The position numbers and the translations under genes were made by a program. This document shows, one piece after another, positions 19,169 through 27,667 of a stretch of DNA of 64,000 nucleotides; position 1 is the first letter of the stretch, and every line of letters starts with the position of its first letter. The notes beneath the pieces were generated by a model. The model worked only from the letters and a program-made list of their open reading frames with translations, did not search any database and was not told where the DNA came from. This stretch comes from Candidatus Uhrbacteria bacterium (GTDB taxonomy: Bacteria; Patescibacteriota; Patescibacteriia; UBA9934; GWF2-40-263): assembly GCA_014239775.1 (NCBI GenBank), contig JAAZYG010000022.1, forward strand, positions 2,218 to 66,217. Reading direction: 5' to 3'.

Positions 19169-19505
19169 GCCTTACGGATAGGTGGGTACACTAAAAGATA
19201 AATCAATAATTAGGTCTGTGAATGCCAAGCTTAGGCAGGGCAAAAGGACACTATAAGGTTTAAACTGTTTAAATGTGGACGACATGGTGGTCAGACAAGC
19301 TGCTATCATCGCCGCAGAACAGTAGATGATAATTCGAGGATGTGCAATTTATCGACTACATCAAAACCTATAAAAAATATAACTTTAATAATTACCCATC
19401 TCACCGTTAGGCGCGAATAAGTTACACTGGGATACAGTGTGGCCCAGAGGATCACGATTGCTTTTGCATGAATAATCCAACCGGCCACAGTGCATCTCAG
19501 TTTTA
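19169..19505 (+). ncRNA. Large structured non-coding RNA, raiA-motif-like core
   Basis: Closing helix 19169-19188/19393-19412, many internal helices, two pseudoknot candidates, 3' long hairpin plus U tract; no credible ORF. Confidence 0.7.
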
Positions 19506-19638
19506 TTTTACACAAATTTTATAATCGAAGTGTTGGGTGGTTATTTAAATCTATTTCAGTAAGTATTTTCAAAAGTGGATCTGCATAAGCAAAAATAATT
19601 ATTGATGATAAATAGTTTGTTTGTTATAGTTTTTTTGT

Positions 19639-20748
19639 GTGATAAAAGAAAGAGTCAAACAATTTATAAGATACAAACAAGTCAAGAAGTTTGTTGAGAA
19701 AAATGAACGTGTACTACTACCAGCAATGTTGATTGTTGGTGTTGCAGTTGATTTTATAACTTTCAGATCAATTCAAATTAGTGTAGCGTTTTCAATTCTC
19801 TTTGTATACACAATTGTTGCAGGAGCTACGATTGTGTTTTTAAATTTATATAAAGAACATTGGAGTCTGAATCCAAACTTAATTACACGGTATTATAGAC
19901 TTGTTGCACCGCTCATTATTCAGTTCACGTTCGGTGCTCTTTTGAGCGCTTCGCTTATATTTTATTGGTTTAGTGGTGCGCTTTCTATAAGCTGGCCATT
20001 CATTCTAATTATAGCAATATTAATTGTTTCAAATGATGTTTTTAGGGAGCACTATTTAAAACCTACAGTTCAGATTTCTGTATACTTTTTTATTATCTTC
20101 TCGATAATCTCATTAATACTTCCATTCCTGCTTAACTCAATTAGTCCATGGATTTTTCTTATAAGTGGTTTGGTGGCATTTGGAATTATTTATTTATTTG
20201 TTAATCAGCTTTCAAAAAGATCTCTCCTTGTTTTGGAACATCGTTCTATACTTTTAAAGAGTATTAGTATAATTTTTATTCTTATGAACGGTTTGTATTT
20301 TTTTAATGTATTACCTCCAATTCCGCTAGCATTAAGAGATGCGGGTGTTTATCATAGCCTTCAACGCATACAAGGATCCTATTATCTAGACACTGAACCA
20401 GAATCTGTTATTGAAAAGATTGTGCCAGGACAAATAATTCATGTACAAGGCTCAAAAAGCATTTATGTTTTTTCATCGATCTTTGCACCAGCAGACTTGA
20501 ATACAACAATTGTGCATGATTGGGAATTTTTTGATGCAACTAAGCGAGAGTGGATAAGTAAAAGCAAGCCAAGCTACAAAATTTCAGGAGGACGTGAGGG
20601 TGGTTACCGTGGGTTTTCTAGTGCGGTTATTGTGCCCGGTAAATGGCGTGTAAGTGTTCAGACATTGAGAGGGCAAACACTTGGGCGCGTAAAATTTAAA
20701 GCTATTTATGCTGAGGATGTACTTGAGTATAAACAAATAATCAAATAA
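19639..20748 (+). CDS. DUF2914-like membrane protein
   Basis: About 7 TM segments, QFTFGALLS..FYW, LPPIPLAL, C-terminal GGREGGYRGFS..PGKWRVSV. Confidence 0.8.
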   Translation: MIKERVKQFIRYKQVKKFVEKNERVLLPAMLIVGVAVDFITFRSIQISVAFSILFVYTIVAGATIVFLNLYKEHWSLNPNLITRYYRLVAPLIIQFTFGALLSASLIFYWFSGALSISWPFILIIAILIVSNDVFREHYLKPTVQISVYFFIIFSIISLILPFLLNSISPWIFLISGLVAFGIIYLFVNQLSKRSLLVLEHRSILLKSISIIFILMNGLYFFNVLPPIPLALRDAGVYHSLQRIQGSYYLDTEPESVIEKIVPGQIIHVQGSKSIYVFSSIFAPADLNTTIVHDWEFFDATKREWISKSKPSYKISGGREGGYRGFSSAVIVPGKWRVSVQTLRGQTLGRVKFKAIYAEDVLEYKQIIK

Positions 20749-20803
20749 GATCTTGTATAGATCTAATGGTTTTAAGAAAAAAATATCCAAATAATTACAT
20801 TTT

Positions 20804-22585
20804 ATGAAAATACCAAATTTTTTTCGTGAATTTACAAAGTCTCAATCAGAAGAAGAAAAGAAGCAATATAAAAAGAAGATGAAAAAACGTGGTGAGCAAT
20901 ATAAAGAAGAGCAAAAAGACTTAAAATTAGAACAAAGAAGAAAAGAGGAAAAGCTGGCGAATACAGAACAAGAACTGAAAGATTTTCGATTAAATTTAAA
21001 AAAGTCCGAGAGAGAATTGCAGGAACTTACAAAACAGCTTGATGGTATAAATGAAACAGCGCTTTCTAAAATTCTTGGAATTTTTAAAATTAAAGCTTTA
21101 GAATCTGAAATAAAAAAGGGCAAAGTTAATTTTGATACTTTTGGATTCGAAGCTGAATCTGCTGAGATTACAATCGATGAATTAAAGAGAGCACTTGATG
21201 ATATTCAGAAGCAATTAAAAAAGAGTAGAGATGGTGTTGAAAAAGAAACTTCAGAAATCATGATTGACTTTTTTGAACGAGAGCGAAAAAAATGGGAAGA
21301 CGCACCTTATACACCAGAAGAAATCGGTAAAAATTTCTCAGAAGAACATTTAGCCAGTCTTTCTTTGAATGATTATGCATTGTTAATGAAACGATTTCCA
21401 TCTGAAATGGTAACACATGTAACAAGACAAGGGGTTCGTGATCATGTGGGTCATATGTGGCACAATCTTGGTCAGGATGAATATCACAATTCATTTATTG
21501 AGTTGATTACAGACGGAAGGCTTAAAAGTGTCATGAGTATTCGTATGAAAGATGATATGTCTCATGAGGCGTTTATTAAAGCATTTCATTTAGATCGTTT
21601 TGATGATGCAAAAGAGGCTCATGAGTATATAGATAGAGAAACAAATTTAAATAATCAAGGTACACAAAGTTCATATGCAGATGCACTATCTATACATTTT
21701 GCTGCACAAGAAGTTGCGGATACATACTATGGTGCTGAAACAGGAAATGAGATATTTGTAGTATACCCATCACTGCATATTGATTCACAATATTACTATA
21801 GAGGGAATTTAAGAGAAGGGGGCGGTGGATATTGGAATGATCAATGGGTTTGGGCAAATGAAGAAAACGGAATGGATATAAATGCAGGAATGGTTTTTAT
21901 TCCATCTGATGCACAGGTCGATCCTGAAAACGGAAGTCAGTATAAGATTGATAAAGAAGGTGTTGCAAAAAGAGATGTTGACAACCTAGAATCATTAACT
22001 GCATTAATAGAATCAGATATAATAGAAGAGTTGTTTGAAGAATTGTGTGCTGTAGAGAACGTGAGAAGTTCAAGACGGGGTATGTATACATATGAAAGTG
22101 ATTTTGATAAAGCAAAAAAGATAATTGTAGAGAAAATGGGTATTAGTGATATCACAATGACAAATATTTTGCTTGATTATACTTCTGTAGTAAGTTTAGG
22201 CTCATTACGTTCTAGGAAAGTAAATCAACATCTTGAACAACGAGAGTTGGATGCGGGACTTGATAAGATCTTAAGAAGCAATCAAGTTATATTTGAACGT
22301 CCTGATAAAACAGTTGCATCAGTTGAATACTGGGAAAATTATTTTGATGAGCATCCAGAAATAAAACCATCAAAGATTGTGTATTATAAAGGAGGAGATC
22401 CAACGCAAGCTCTGCAACAATGGAAAAGAGATAATGGATTATCAAAAAAATCCGAACCTGGAGAATTGCAACAGTTAGAAAAATCAGATACTGAAAAAAT
22501 CACAAAAGGAATGGATAGGTATAAGTCCTTAGCTCATGATGCAATAGATAAATATTTTGATTCAGAACAGCAAGACGCTGCATAA
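20804..22585 (+). CDS. Hypothetical protein: N-terminal coiled coil plus possible ADP-ribosyltransferase-like domain
   Basis: 593-aa ORF; heptad-rich first ~160 aa; THVT..ITDGRLKS..SIHFA..YYG..NEIF pattern. Confidence 0.6.
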   Translation: MKIPNFFREFTKSQSEEEKKQYKKKMKKRGEQYKEEQKDLKLEQRRKEEKLANTEQELKDFRLNLKKSERELQELTKQLDGINETALSKILGIFKIKALESEIKKGKVNFDTFGFEAESAEITIDELKRALDDIQKQLKKSRDGVEKETSEIMIDFFERERKKWEDAPYTPEEIGKNFSEEHLASLSLNDYALLMKRFPSEMVTHVTRQGVRDHVGHMWHNLGQDEYHNSFIELITDGRLKSVMSIRMKDDMSHEAFIKAFHLDRFDDAKEAHEYIDRETNLNNQGTQSSYADALSIHFAAQEVADTYYGAETGNEIFVVYPSLHIDSQYYYRGNLREGGGGYWNDQWVWANEENGMDINAGMVFIPSDAQVDPENGSQYKIDKEGVAKRDVDNLESLTALIESDIIEELFEELCAVENVRSSRRGMYTYESDFDKAKKIIVEKMGISDITMTNILLDYTSVVSLGSLRSRKVNQHLEQRELDAGLDKILRSNQVIFERPDKTVASVEYWENYFDEHPEIKPSKIVYYKGGDPTQALQQWKRDNGLSKKSEPGELQQLEKSDTEKITKGMDRYKSLAHDAIDKYFDSEQQDAA

Positions 22586-22589
22586 TATT

Positions 22590-23330
22590 ATGCATCTTAA
22601 AAGAACAAAATTGGCAAATGGAATAATTGCAGATTTTCTACCCCCAAAAAAATCATCGAACAAAGTTATGATTTTATGTGATGGAATGCCTTCAATGCCT
22701 TCAAAGAAAAAAACAATGCAATGGTTTTCTAAAAAAGGTTTTTGGGTTATAAATCCAAGGTACCGTGGCACATGGGAGAGTTCTGGAGCTTTTCTAGATC
22801 ATCCACCAGAACAAGACGTACTCGATGTAATAGAAGGTCTAAGTAAGGGACTTATTAGTATTTGGGAGGACAAAATATATAAGATTAAAGCAAAAAAAAT
22901 TTTTGTTATTGGAAGTAGTTTTGGTGGCACTGCTGCACTAATGTCATCAATGTCTGATAAGGTTGATGGTGTAGTTGCAATATCACCGGTAGTTGATTGG
23001 ACAGATAATTCAGAATCAGAACCGATGGATCATTTAGAGAAAATTATAAGAGATGGATATAAAGAGGCGTATAGATTTAATACAGAAGACTGGATTAGAT
23101 TATCAGAAGGTAAATTTTTTCAGCCAATGGATAATGTAAAAAAAATGAATCCAAAAAAAATATTTGTGATATATTCTAAAGACGATAAAGTTGTATCTAA
23201 CGTCTCTATAGATAAATTTATAGAAAATCTGGATTGTAAAAGTATAATGAAAAAAAAGGGAGGACATTTGTCTTTTTCTGTAATTACAAAATGGCCCTTG
23301 TCAAAAAAGATGATAAATTTTTTAGTTTAA
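22590..23330 (+). CDS. Alpha/beta hydrolase
   Basis: RYRGTWES, GSSFGG nucleophile elbow, DDKVV, GGH. Confidence 0.85.
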   Translation: MHLKRTKLANGIIADFLPPKKSSNKVMILCDGMPSMPSKKKTMQWFSKKGFWVINPRYRGTWESSGAFLDHPPEQDVLDVIEGLSKGLISIWEDKIYKIKAKKIFVIGSSFGGTAALMSSMSDKVDGVVAISPVVDWTDNSESEPMDHLEKIIRDGYKEAYRFNTEDWIRLSEGKFFQPMDNVKKMNPKKIFVIYSKDDKVVSNVSIDKFIENLDCKSIMKKKGGHLSFSVITKWPLSKKMINFLV

Positions 23331-23338
23331 TATTTTGT

Positions 23339-23728
23339 ATGAGTACGAAAAAAAATGGAATTGATAAATATGTAATAATTGCGTACTACACTTTAATGCC
23401 ATGGTTGGTGTTTGTGTATCTTTTTGATTACATAAGACAACTGGAAAGTATAAGTTATTTTGTCGCACATTACGCATTGGTTGTTATATTATTCGGAGTA
23501 TCTTTTTTATTATATTTCAATAAAAGAAAACAAGATGATCCATTTCAAGTTGCAATGATAGCAACATTGTCATTTCTTGTTTTTGAATGTGTGCTTGTAC
23601 AGTTGGTTGGAAAGGTTGATTATGTAAGTTTAAATTATGTCGATTGGTTTATTCCAATGTTTATAATGACAACCACTATTTACTTTGTAGGTAAACACAA
23701 AACGAATAAAAAAAAATATAAAAAATAA
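23339..23728 (+). CDS. Four-TM hypothetical membrane protein (paralog of 27239-27598)
   Basis: Hydrophobic segments; HY and LNYVDWFIPMF motifs. Confidence 0.75.
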   Translation: MSTKKNGIDKYVIIAYYTLMPWLVFVYLFDYIRQLESISYFVAHYALVVILFGVSFLLYFNKRKQDDPFQVAMIATLSFLVFECVLVQLVGKVDYVSLNYVDWFIPMFIMTTTIYFVGKHKTNKKKYKK

Positions 23729-23760
23729 AAGGGCAACGCCCTTTTTTAAGTATACACAAG

Positions 23761-23985
23761 CTACATTTTGAGTGGTATGTCTGGAAGACCAGCTGCTTCA
23801 AGTATCTTTGAAATAAAGTATATTGTAATTCCTCCTACGGAGGTTGCTCCAAGAGCAGTCCCTATTCCAAAAAACAAACCAAACAAAAAACGTCTACTTA
23901 GTTTATTTTGTTTTTCAAGTAATTCATTTCCAATTTTTAGTTGTTTAGCAATGTCTGTTGAAGGATCTTTTTTTTGTGAAGGCAT
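23761..23985 (-). CDS. Small membrane protein (DUF5665-like)
   Basis: FLFGLFFGIGTALGAT glycine-rich TM helix. Confidence 0.7.
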   Translation of the reverse strand: MPSQKKDPSTDIAKQLKIGNELLEKQNKLSRRFLFGLFFGIGTALGATSVGGITIYFISKILEAAGLPDIPLKM

Positions 23986-24025
23986 ACTATAAATAGTGTA
24001 TCATAACTATATATAAATATTATAT

Positions 24026-24394
24026 ATGAATTTACCTACATTTTTATTTGATGGAAACTGCGGATTCTGTAAGCATTGGGTGTCACGTTGGAAAAAACAT
24101 ACAGAGGATAGAGTTGAATACAGACCATTTCAAGAAGCGTCAAAAGATTTTCCAAACATAAAAAATGAAGAGTATTTAAAGTCATCTCAATTTATTAATT
24201 TAAACGGAGATGTATTTTCTGGTGCGTATGGTGTTGCGATGTTATTAAGTCATTCAAAGAAACATAGGTGGTTTCTATTTTTATATAAGTACCTACCATT
24301 ATTTGGCTTGATTTCAGAGTTTATCTATAAGCAAATTTCTTCATGTAGGAATTGTGCAGAAAAATTTACAAACATGCTAAAAAAGAAAAAATAA
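24026..24394 (+). CDS. DCC1-like thiol-disulfide oxidoreductase (DUF393)
   Basis: FDGNCGFC (DxxCxxC). Confidence 0.85.
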   Translation: MNLPTFLFDGNCGFCKHWVSRWKKHTEDRVEYRPFQEASKDFPNIKNEEYLKSSQFINLNGDVFSGAYGVAMLLSHSKKHRWFLFLYKYLPLFGLISEFIYKQISSCRNCAEKFTNMLKKKK

Positions 24395-24398
24395 TTTT

Positions 24399-24602
24399 AT
24401 GTCACAGTCAGATTATTATAAGGTAAGTGGTTTTGTATTTTTAATTGTGGATGTAATGCATTGTGTAAGAATATACAAAGACATATCAGTACAAGTGGCT
24501 GGTTTTAGTCTGCCAATGTGGATTTCATATGTTGTTGTTTTGTTTGTGTCAATATTGGCGGCGTATTCATTTAAATTTGCAAGTGTAAATAAGCACAACT
24601 AG
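24399..24602 (+). CDS. Small two-TM membrane protein
   Basis: Two hydrophobic helices, LPMWISY; 4 nt after the DCC1 gene. Confidence 0.65.
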   Translation: MSQSDYYKVSGFVFLIVDVMHCVRIYKDISVQVAGFSLPMWISYVVVLFVSILAAYSFKFASVNKHN

Positions 24603-24686
24603 AAAAATCTATAGCGTTTATATATGGACGTATGTTGTACTTTGTGTTATTTTCGTTTAGCCAAACTATAAACATAGGAGAATTAA

Positions 24687-25634
24687 ATGGCAAAATCAAA
24701 AACGTCTTCTGCCAACTTGCAGTTGGTTCTAGGGAAGTTTAGTACGAAGATTAAGCTTTTTAGAATACTTGTTCCAGCTAATGCGCCAACACCGATAATT
24801 ACACACTCATGCAGGAGCGAGGTGAGTGTTGTAAATAGATGTAATGACTGCTTCAAAATTGTAAGAATTACAGGGGTACAAAAAAAGGGTGTTGCTCGTG
24901 CTCGTGCTGCTACTGAGCCAAAAGACAAACATTGTCCGCATTGTAAATCGACAACTCCATTTAGTGAAGTGGTTGTGTGTGGAACTTGCGACACAGATGT
25001 GGATTTAAATCAATTGGAGGATAGGCTTCAGTTGGGAAATCAAACAGTACCAATCACAAAAGATCAATTACAGGCATGGCAAACCTTACTTCCACAATCA
25101 AAGGTTATGCGTCCAGTAATGATGTTGCCATCAAGTAGAGTTGGTTCATATTTTCGCGATGAAGCATATGAGGTTGTTCCTGACAAGGGTAGTGCTGCAG
25201 CGTTTGCGTTGTGGTTAAAATATTTAACCAAAAAGCGTCAAGCACTCATTGTTCATTTTTCTATAAAGAAAAATTTCAAAACAGGAGCATTGTATACTGT
25301 TTTGTTTAAGAGTGAACCAAAACTTATATTGCATACATTACATTATGTAGACGAAGTAAATCTTGAGCAGTTTGATGTACCAGACGTACCAAGCGATCTG
25401 TTTGATCAGTTTCATAATCTAGTACAGCCATTACGTCGTAGTTTGCGTGATCCTTTAATTTTACAACATCCACAACGTATTGCATTTAATGAGTTGTTTA
25501 TGAAAGGTGAAAATGCCGGAAAGGTTGAGATTAAAAGGCTTGGTGCACTGCCTGGGGAGTTGGAAGCAGTGGCTAAAAGTATTGGTGAGCGTCTTGCACC
25601 ACCAAAAAAATCACGAAAAAGTACAAAAAAATAA
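24687..25634 (+). CDS. ku: Divergent Ku (NHEJ DNA end-binding) homolog
   Basis: LGKFSTKIKLF, HSC..CGTC bridge, YFRDEAYEVVP, LILHTLHYVDEV, basic C-terminal tail; SD AGGAG. Confidence 0.7.
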   Translation: MAKSKTSSANLQLVLGKFSTKIKLFRILVPANAPTPIITHSCRSEVSVVNRCNDCFKIVRITGVQKKGVARARAATEPKDKHCPHCKSTTPFSEVVVCGTCDTDVDLNQLEDRLQLGNQTVPITKDQLQAWQTLLPQSKVMRPVMMLPSSRVGSYFRDEAYEVVPDKGSAAAFALWLKYLTKKRQALIVHFSIKKNFKTGALYTVLFKSEPKLILHTLHYVDEVNLEQFDVPDVPSDLFDQFHNLVQPLRRSLRDPLILQHPQRIAFNELFMKGENAGKVEIKRLGALPGELEAVAKSIGERLAPPKKSRKSTKK

Positions 25635-25779
25635 AATCGTAATTACGTGCCATGGGCATACTCAATACTTCTAAATAAATAGAAGTATTTTTTTGTGTAA
25701 ATTACAACCATCTTAACAAGTTGTAAAAAATATGGTAACGTTTTGCCCGTTTATATCTAAAATTTAAGTACGACCATCT

Positions 25780-27186
25780 ATGTTGAAATTATTTGAGAAT
25801 ATATTTACGCAAAAGACACGTGGAAGAATATTTGTGCTGTCATTTTTAGCTCTAATTATAGGTCAGAAAGTATTTGCATCTGTAAGTACCACAGAAGGTC
25901 ATGGAGCAAGCATGACACTGATGTGGATTGCGGTGATATTAATTATTGCCAAGATCGCTGGTCTTGTAGAAAAGTTTGGTCAACCAGCAGTTTTGGGGGA
26001 GTTGGTCATGGGTGTCATATTGGGTAATTTATTTATGGTAGGCATTGATGTGTTTGAACCAATAAAACACGATGAGATACTACGATTTTTGTCAGAGCTT
26101 GGTGTAATTATTTTGTTATTTCAAATAGGACTTGAATCTAACATACAAGAGATGCGAAAGGTTGGTGGACGTGCATTACTAGTTGCGATAGTGGGAGTAT
26201 TGGCTCCATTTATATTAGGTGCTTATATGGTAGGTCCGTGGTTAATGCCTGGACTTGATCAGACTGCATATTTGTTTTTAGGTGCAGCACTTACAGCTAC
26301 ATCTGTTGGTATTACCGCGCGTGTTTTTAAAGATTTAGGTAAACTTAATATAAAAGAGGCTCAAATTGTTTTAGGTGCAGCTGTATTTGATGATGTTTTT
26401 GGGTTAATCATACTTGCTATTGTAAGTGCTATTGCAACAGTTGGAGCTGTAAGTTTCGGAATTGTTTCAACAATTGTATTTAAAGCAGTTGTTTTCCTAA
26501 TTGGGTCAATTGCGTTAGGCGCAATATTTGCATCACGTCTTGGAAAGTTTTTATCAAAAGTACACACAGGTGTTGGAATGAAATTTACGTTGGCAATAGC
26601 CTTCTGTTTACTGTTTGCCTATTTAGCAGGTTTGATTGGTTTAGCACCAATCATCGGTGCATTTGCTGCAGGACTTGTATTAGATCCGGTGCATTTTAGA
26701 AACTTTAAGGCTCCCAAGATGGTTCTGGATGTACGTAAAGTTGTAAATAATCATATTCGTGAAGAGCATGATGACGTTGTGTTACGTACAGAAATGAACA
26801 AAGTCATCGATCATCATTCACACAGACATATAGAAGATTTAATAGAACCTATTGCGTATTTCCTAGTTCCTATATTTTTTATTCTAACAGGAATGGAGGT
26901 GTCGCTTGATACGTTTTCAAATCCAAATATATTATGGGTAGCATTAATAATTTCGGTGGTTGCAATAGCTGGAAAATATGTTTCTGGTTATTTTGCAGGT
27001 GATGTAAACAAAAAGATAGTTGGTATAGGAATGATTCCACGTGGAGAGGTTGGGTTAATATTTGCAGCCATAGGAAAAGGACTTGGTGTTCTAAACAATG
27101 ACCTATTTTCAGTAATTATAGTGATGGTTATTTTAACTACTTTGGTGGCACCACCACTTCTAGCAAAGCAACTAAAGAGTATGTAA
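25780..27186 (+). CDS. Cation:proton antiporter (CPA2/NapA-like)
   Basis: LTATSVGIT, GAAVFDDV, GAFAAGL, GMIPRGEVGLI. Confidence 0.93.
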   Translation: MLKLFENIFTQKTRGRIFVLSFLALIIGQKVFASVSTTEGHGASMTLMWIAVILIIAKIAGLVEKFGQPAVLGELVMGVILGNLFMVGIDVFEPIKHDEILRFLSELGVIILLFQIGLESNIQEMRKVGGRALLVAIVGVLAPFILGAYMVGPWLMPGLDQTAYLFLGAALTATSVGITARVFKDLGKLNIKEAQIVLGAAVFDDVFGLIILAIVSAIATVGAVSFGIVSTIVFKAVVFLIGSIALGAIFASRLGKFLSKVHTGVGMKFTLAIAFCLLFAYLAGLIGLAPIIGAFAAGLVLDPVHFRNFKAPKMVLDVRKVVNNHIREEHDDVVLRTEMNKVIDHHSHRHIEDLIEPIAYFLVPIFFILTGMEVSLDTFSNPNILWVALIISVVAIAGKYVSGYFAGDVNKKIVGIGMIPRGEVGLIFAAIGKGLGVLNNDLFSVIIVMVILTTLVAPPLLAKQLKSM

Positions 27187-27238
27187 AAAAAAGAAAGGGC
27201 TTGGACCCTTTCTTTTTTTATGTCATCATATTTTATAT

Positions 27239-27598
27239 ATGGTGATTCTATATCAATATTTAACTGTTATTATACATACAATAGTTGCATGGGTACTTAT
27301 TGAGGTGTTTGTAAACAACGCACACAGGCTTAAGCGTGCGTCATATGTATTTTGGCACTATACGTCAGTTGTGGCGGCATTTTCTATTGTATTTTTTTCT
27401 TATTATAAATATTTCAATCATTTTGATGTATTTAAGGTAACCATGATCACACTTGTTACATTATTGGTGCTAGAATTGATTATATTTCGATATTTATACA
27501 GTGGTGATCGTTGGTTTTTAAATTACACAGACTGGATTTTGCCTATGTTTTTGTCAGTGAGTACAGTGTATTTACTGAGCCAATTAGTATTAGTATAA
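27239..27598 (+). CDS. Four-TM hypothetical membrane protein
   Basis: Hydrophobic segments; HY and LNYTDWILPMF motifs. Confidence 0.75.
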   Translation: MVILYQYLTVIIHTIVAWVLIEVFVNNAHRLKRASYVFWHYTSVVAAFSIVFFSYYKYFNHFDVFKVTMITLVTLLVLELIIFRYLYSGDRWFLNYTDWILPMFLSVSTVYLLSQLVLV

Positions 27599-27667
27599 TA
27601 TGAATTCAATCTTAATATTAATGACAGGTATTGACGAATCATCTGTACAGAGTATCCTGTCGTCGTT

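Noticed and set aside
19169-19505. RNase P RNA, tmRNA, SRP RNA or group I/II intron identity for the large RNA
   Set aside because: No GAGGAAAGUC/AACAGAA P4 signature, no tRNA-like ends with T-loop and CCA, no SRP domain IV motif and no interrupted host gene, on either strand.
19306-19515. 69-aa minus-strand ORF
   Set aside because: Overlaps the paired RNA region; no RBS or protein-like signature.
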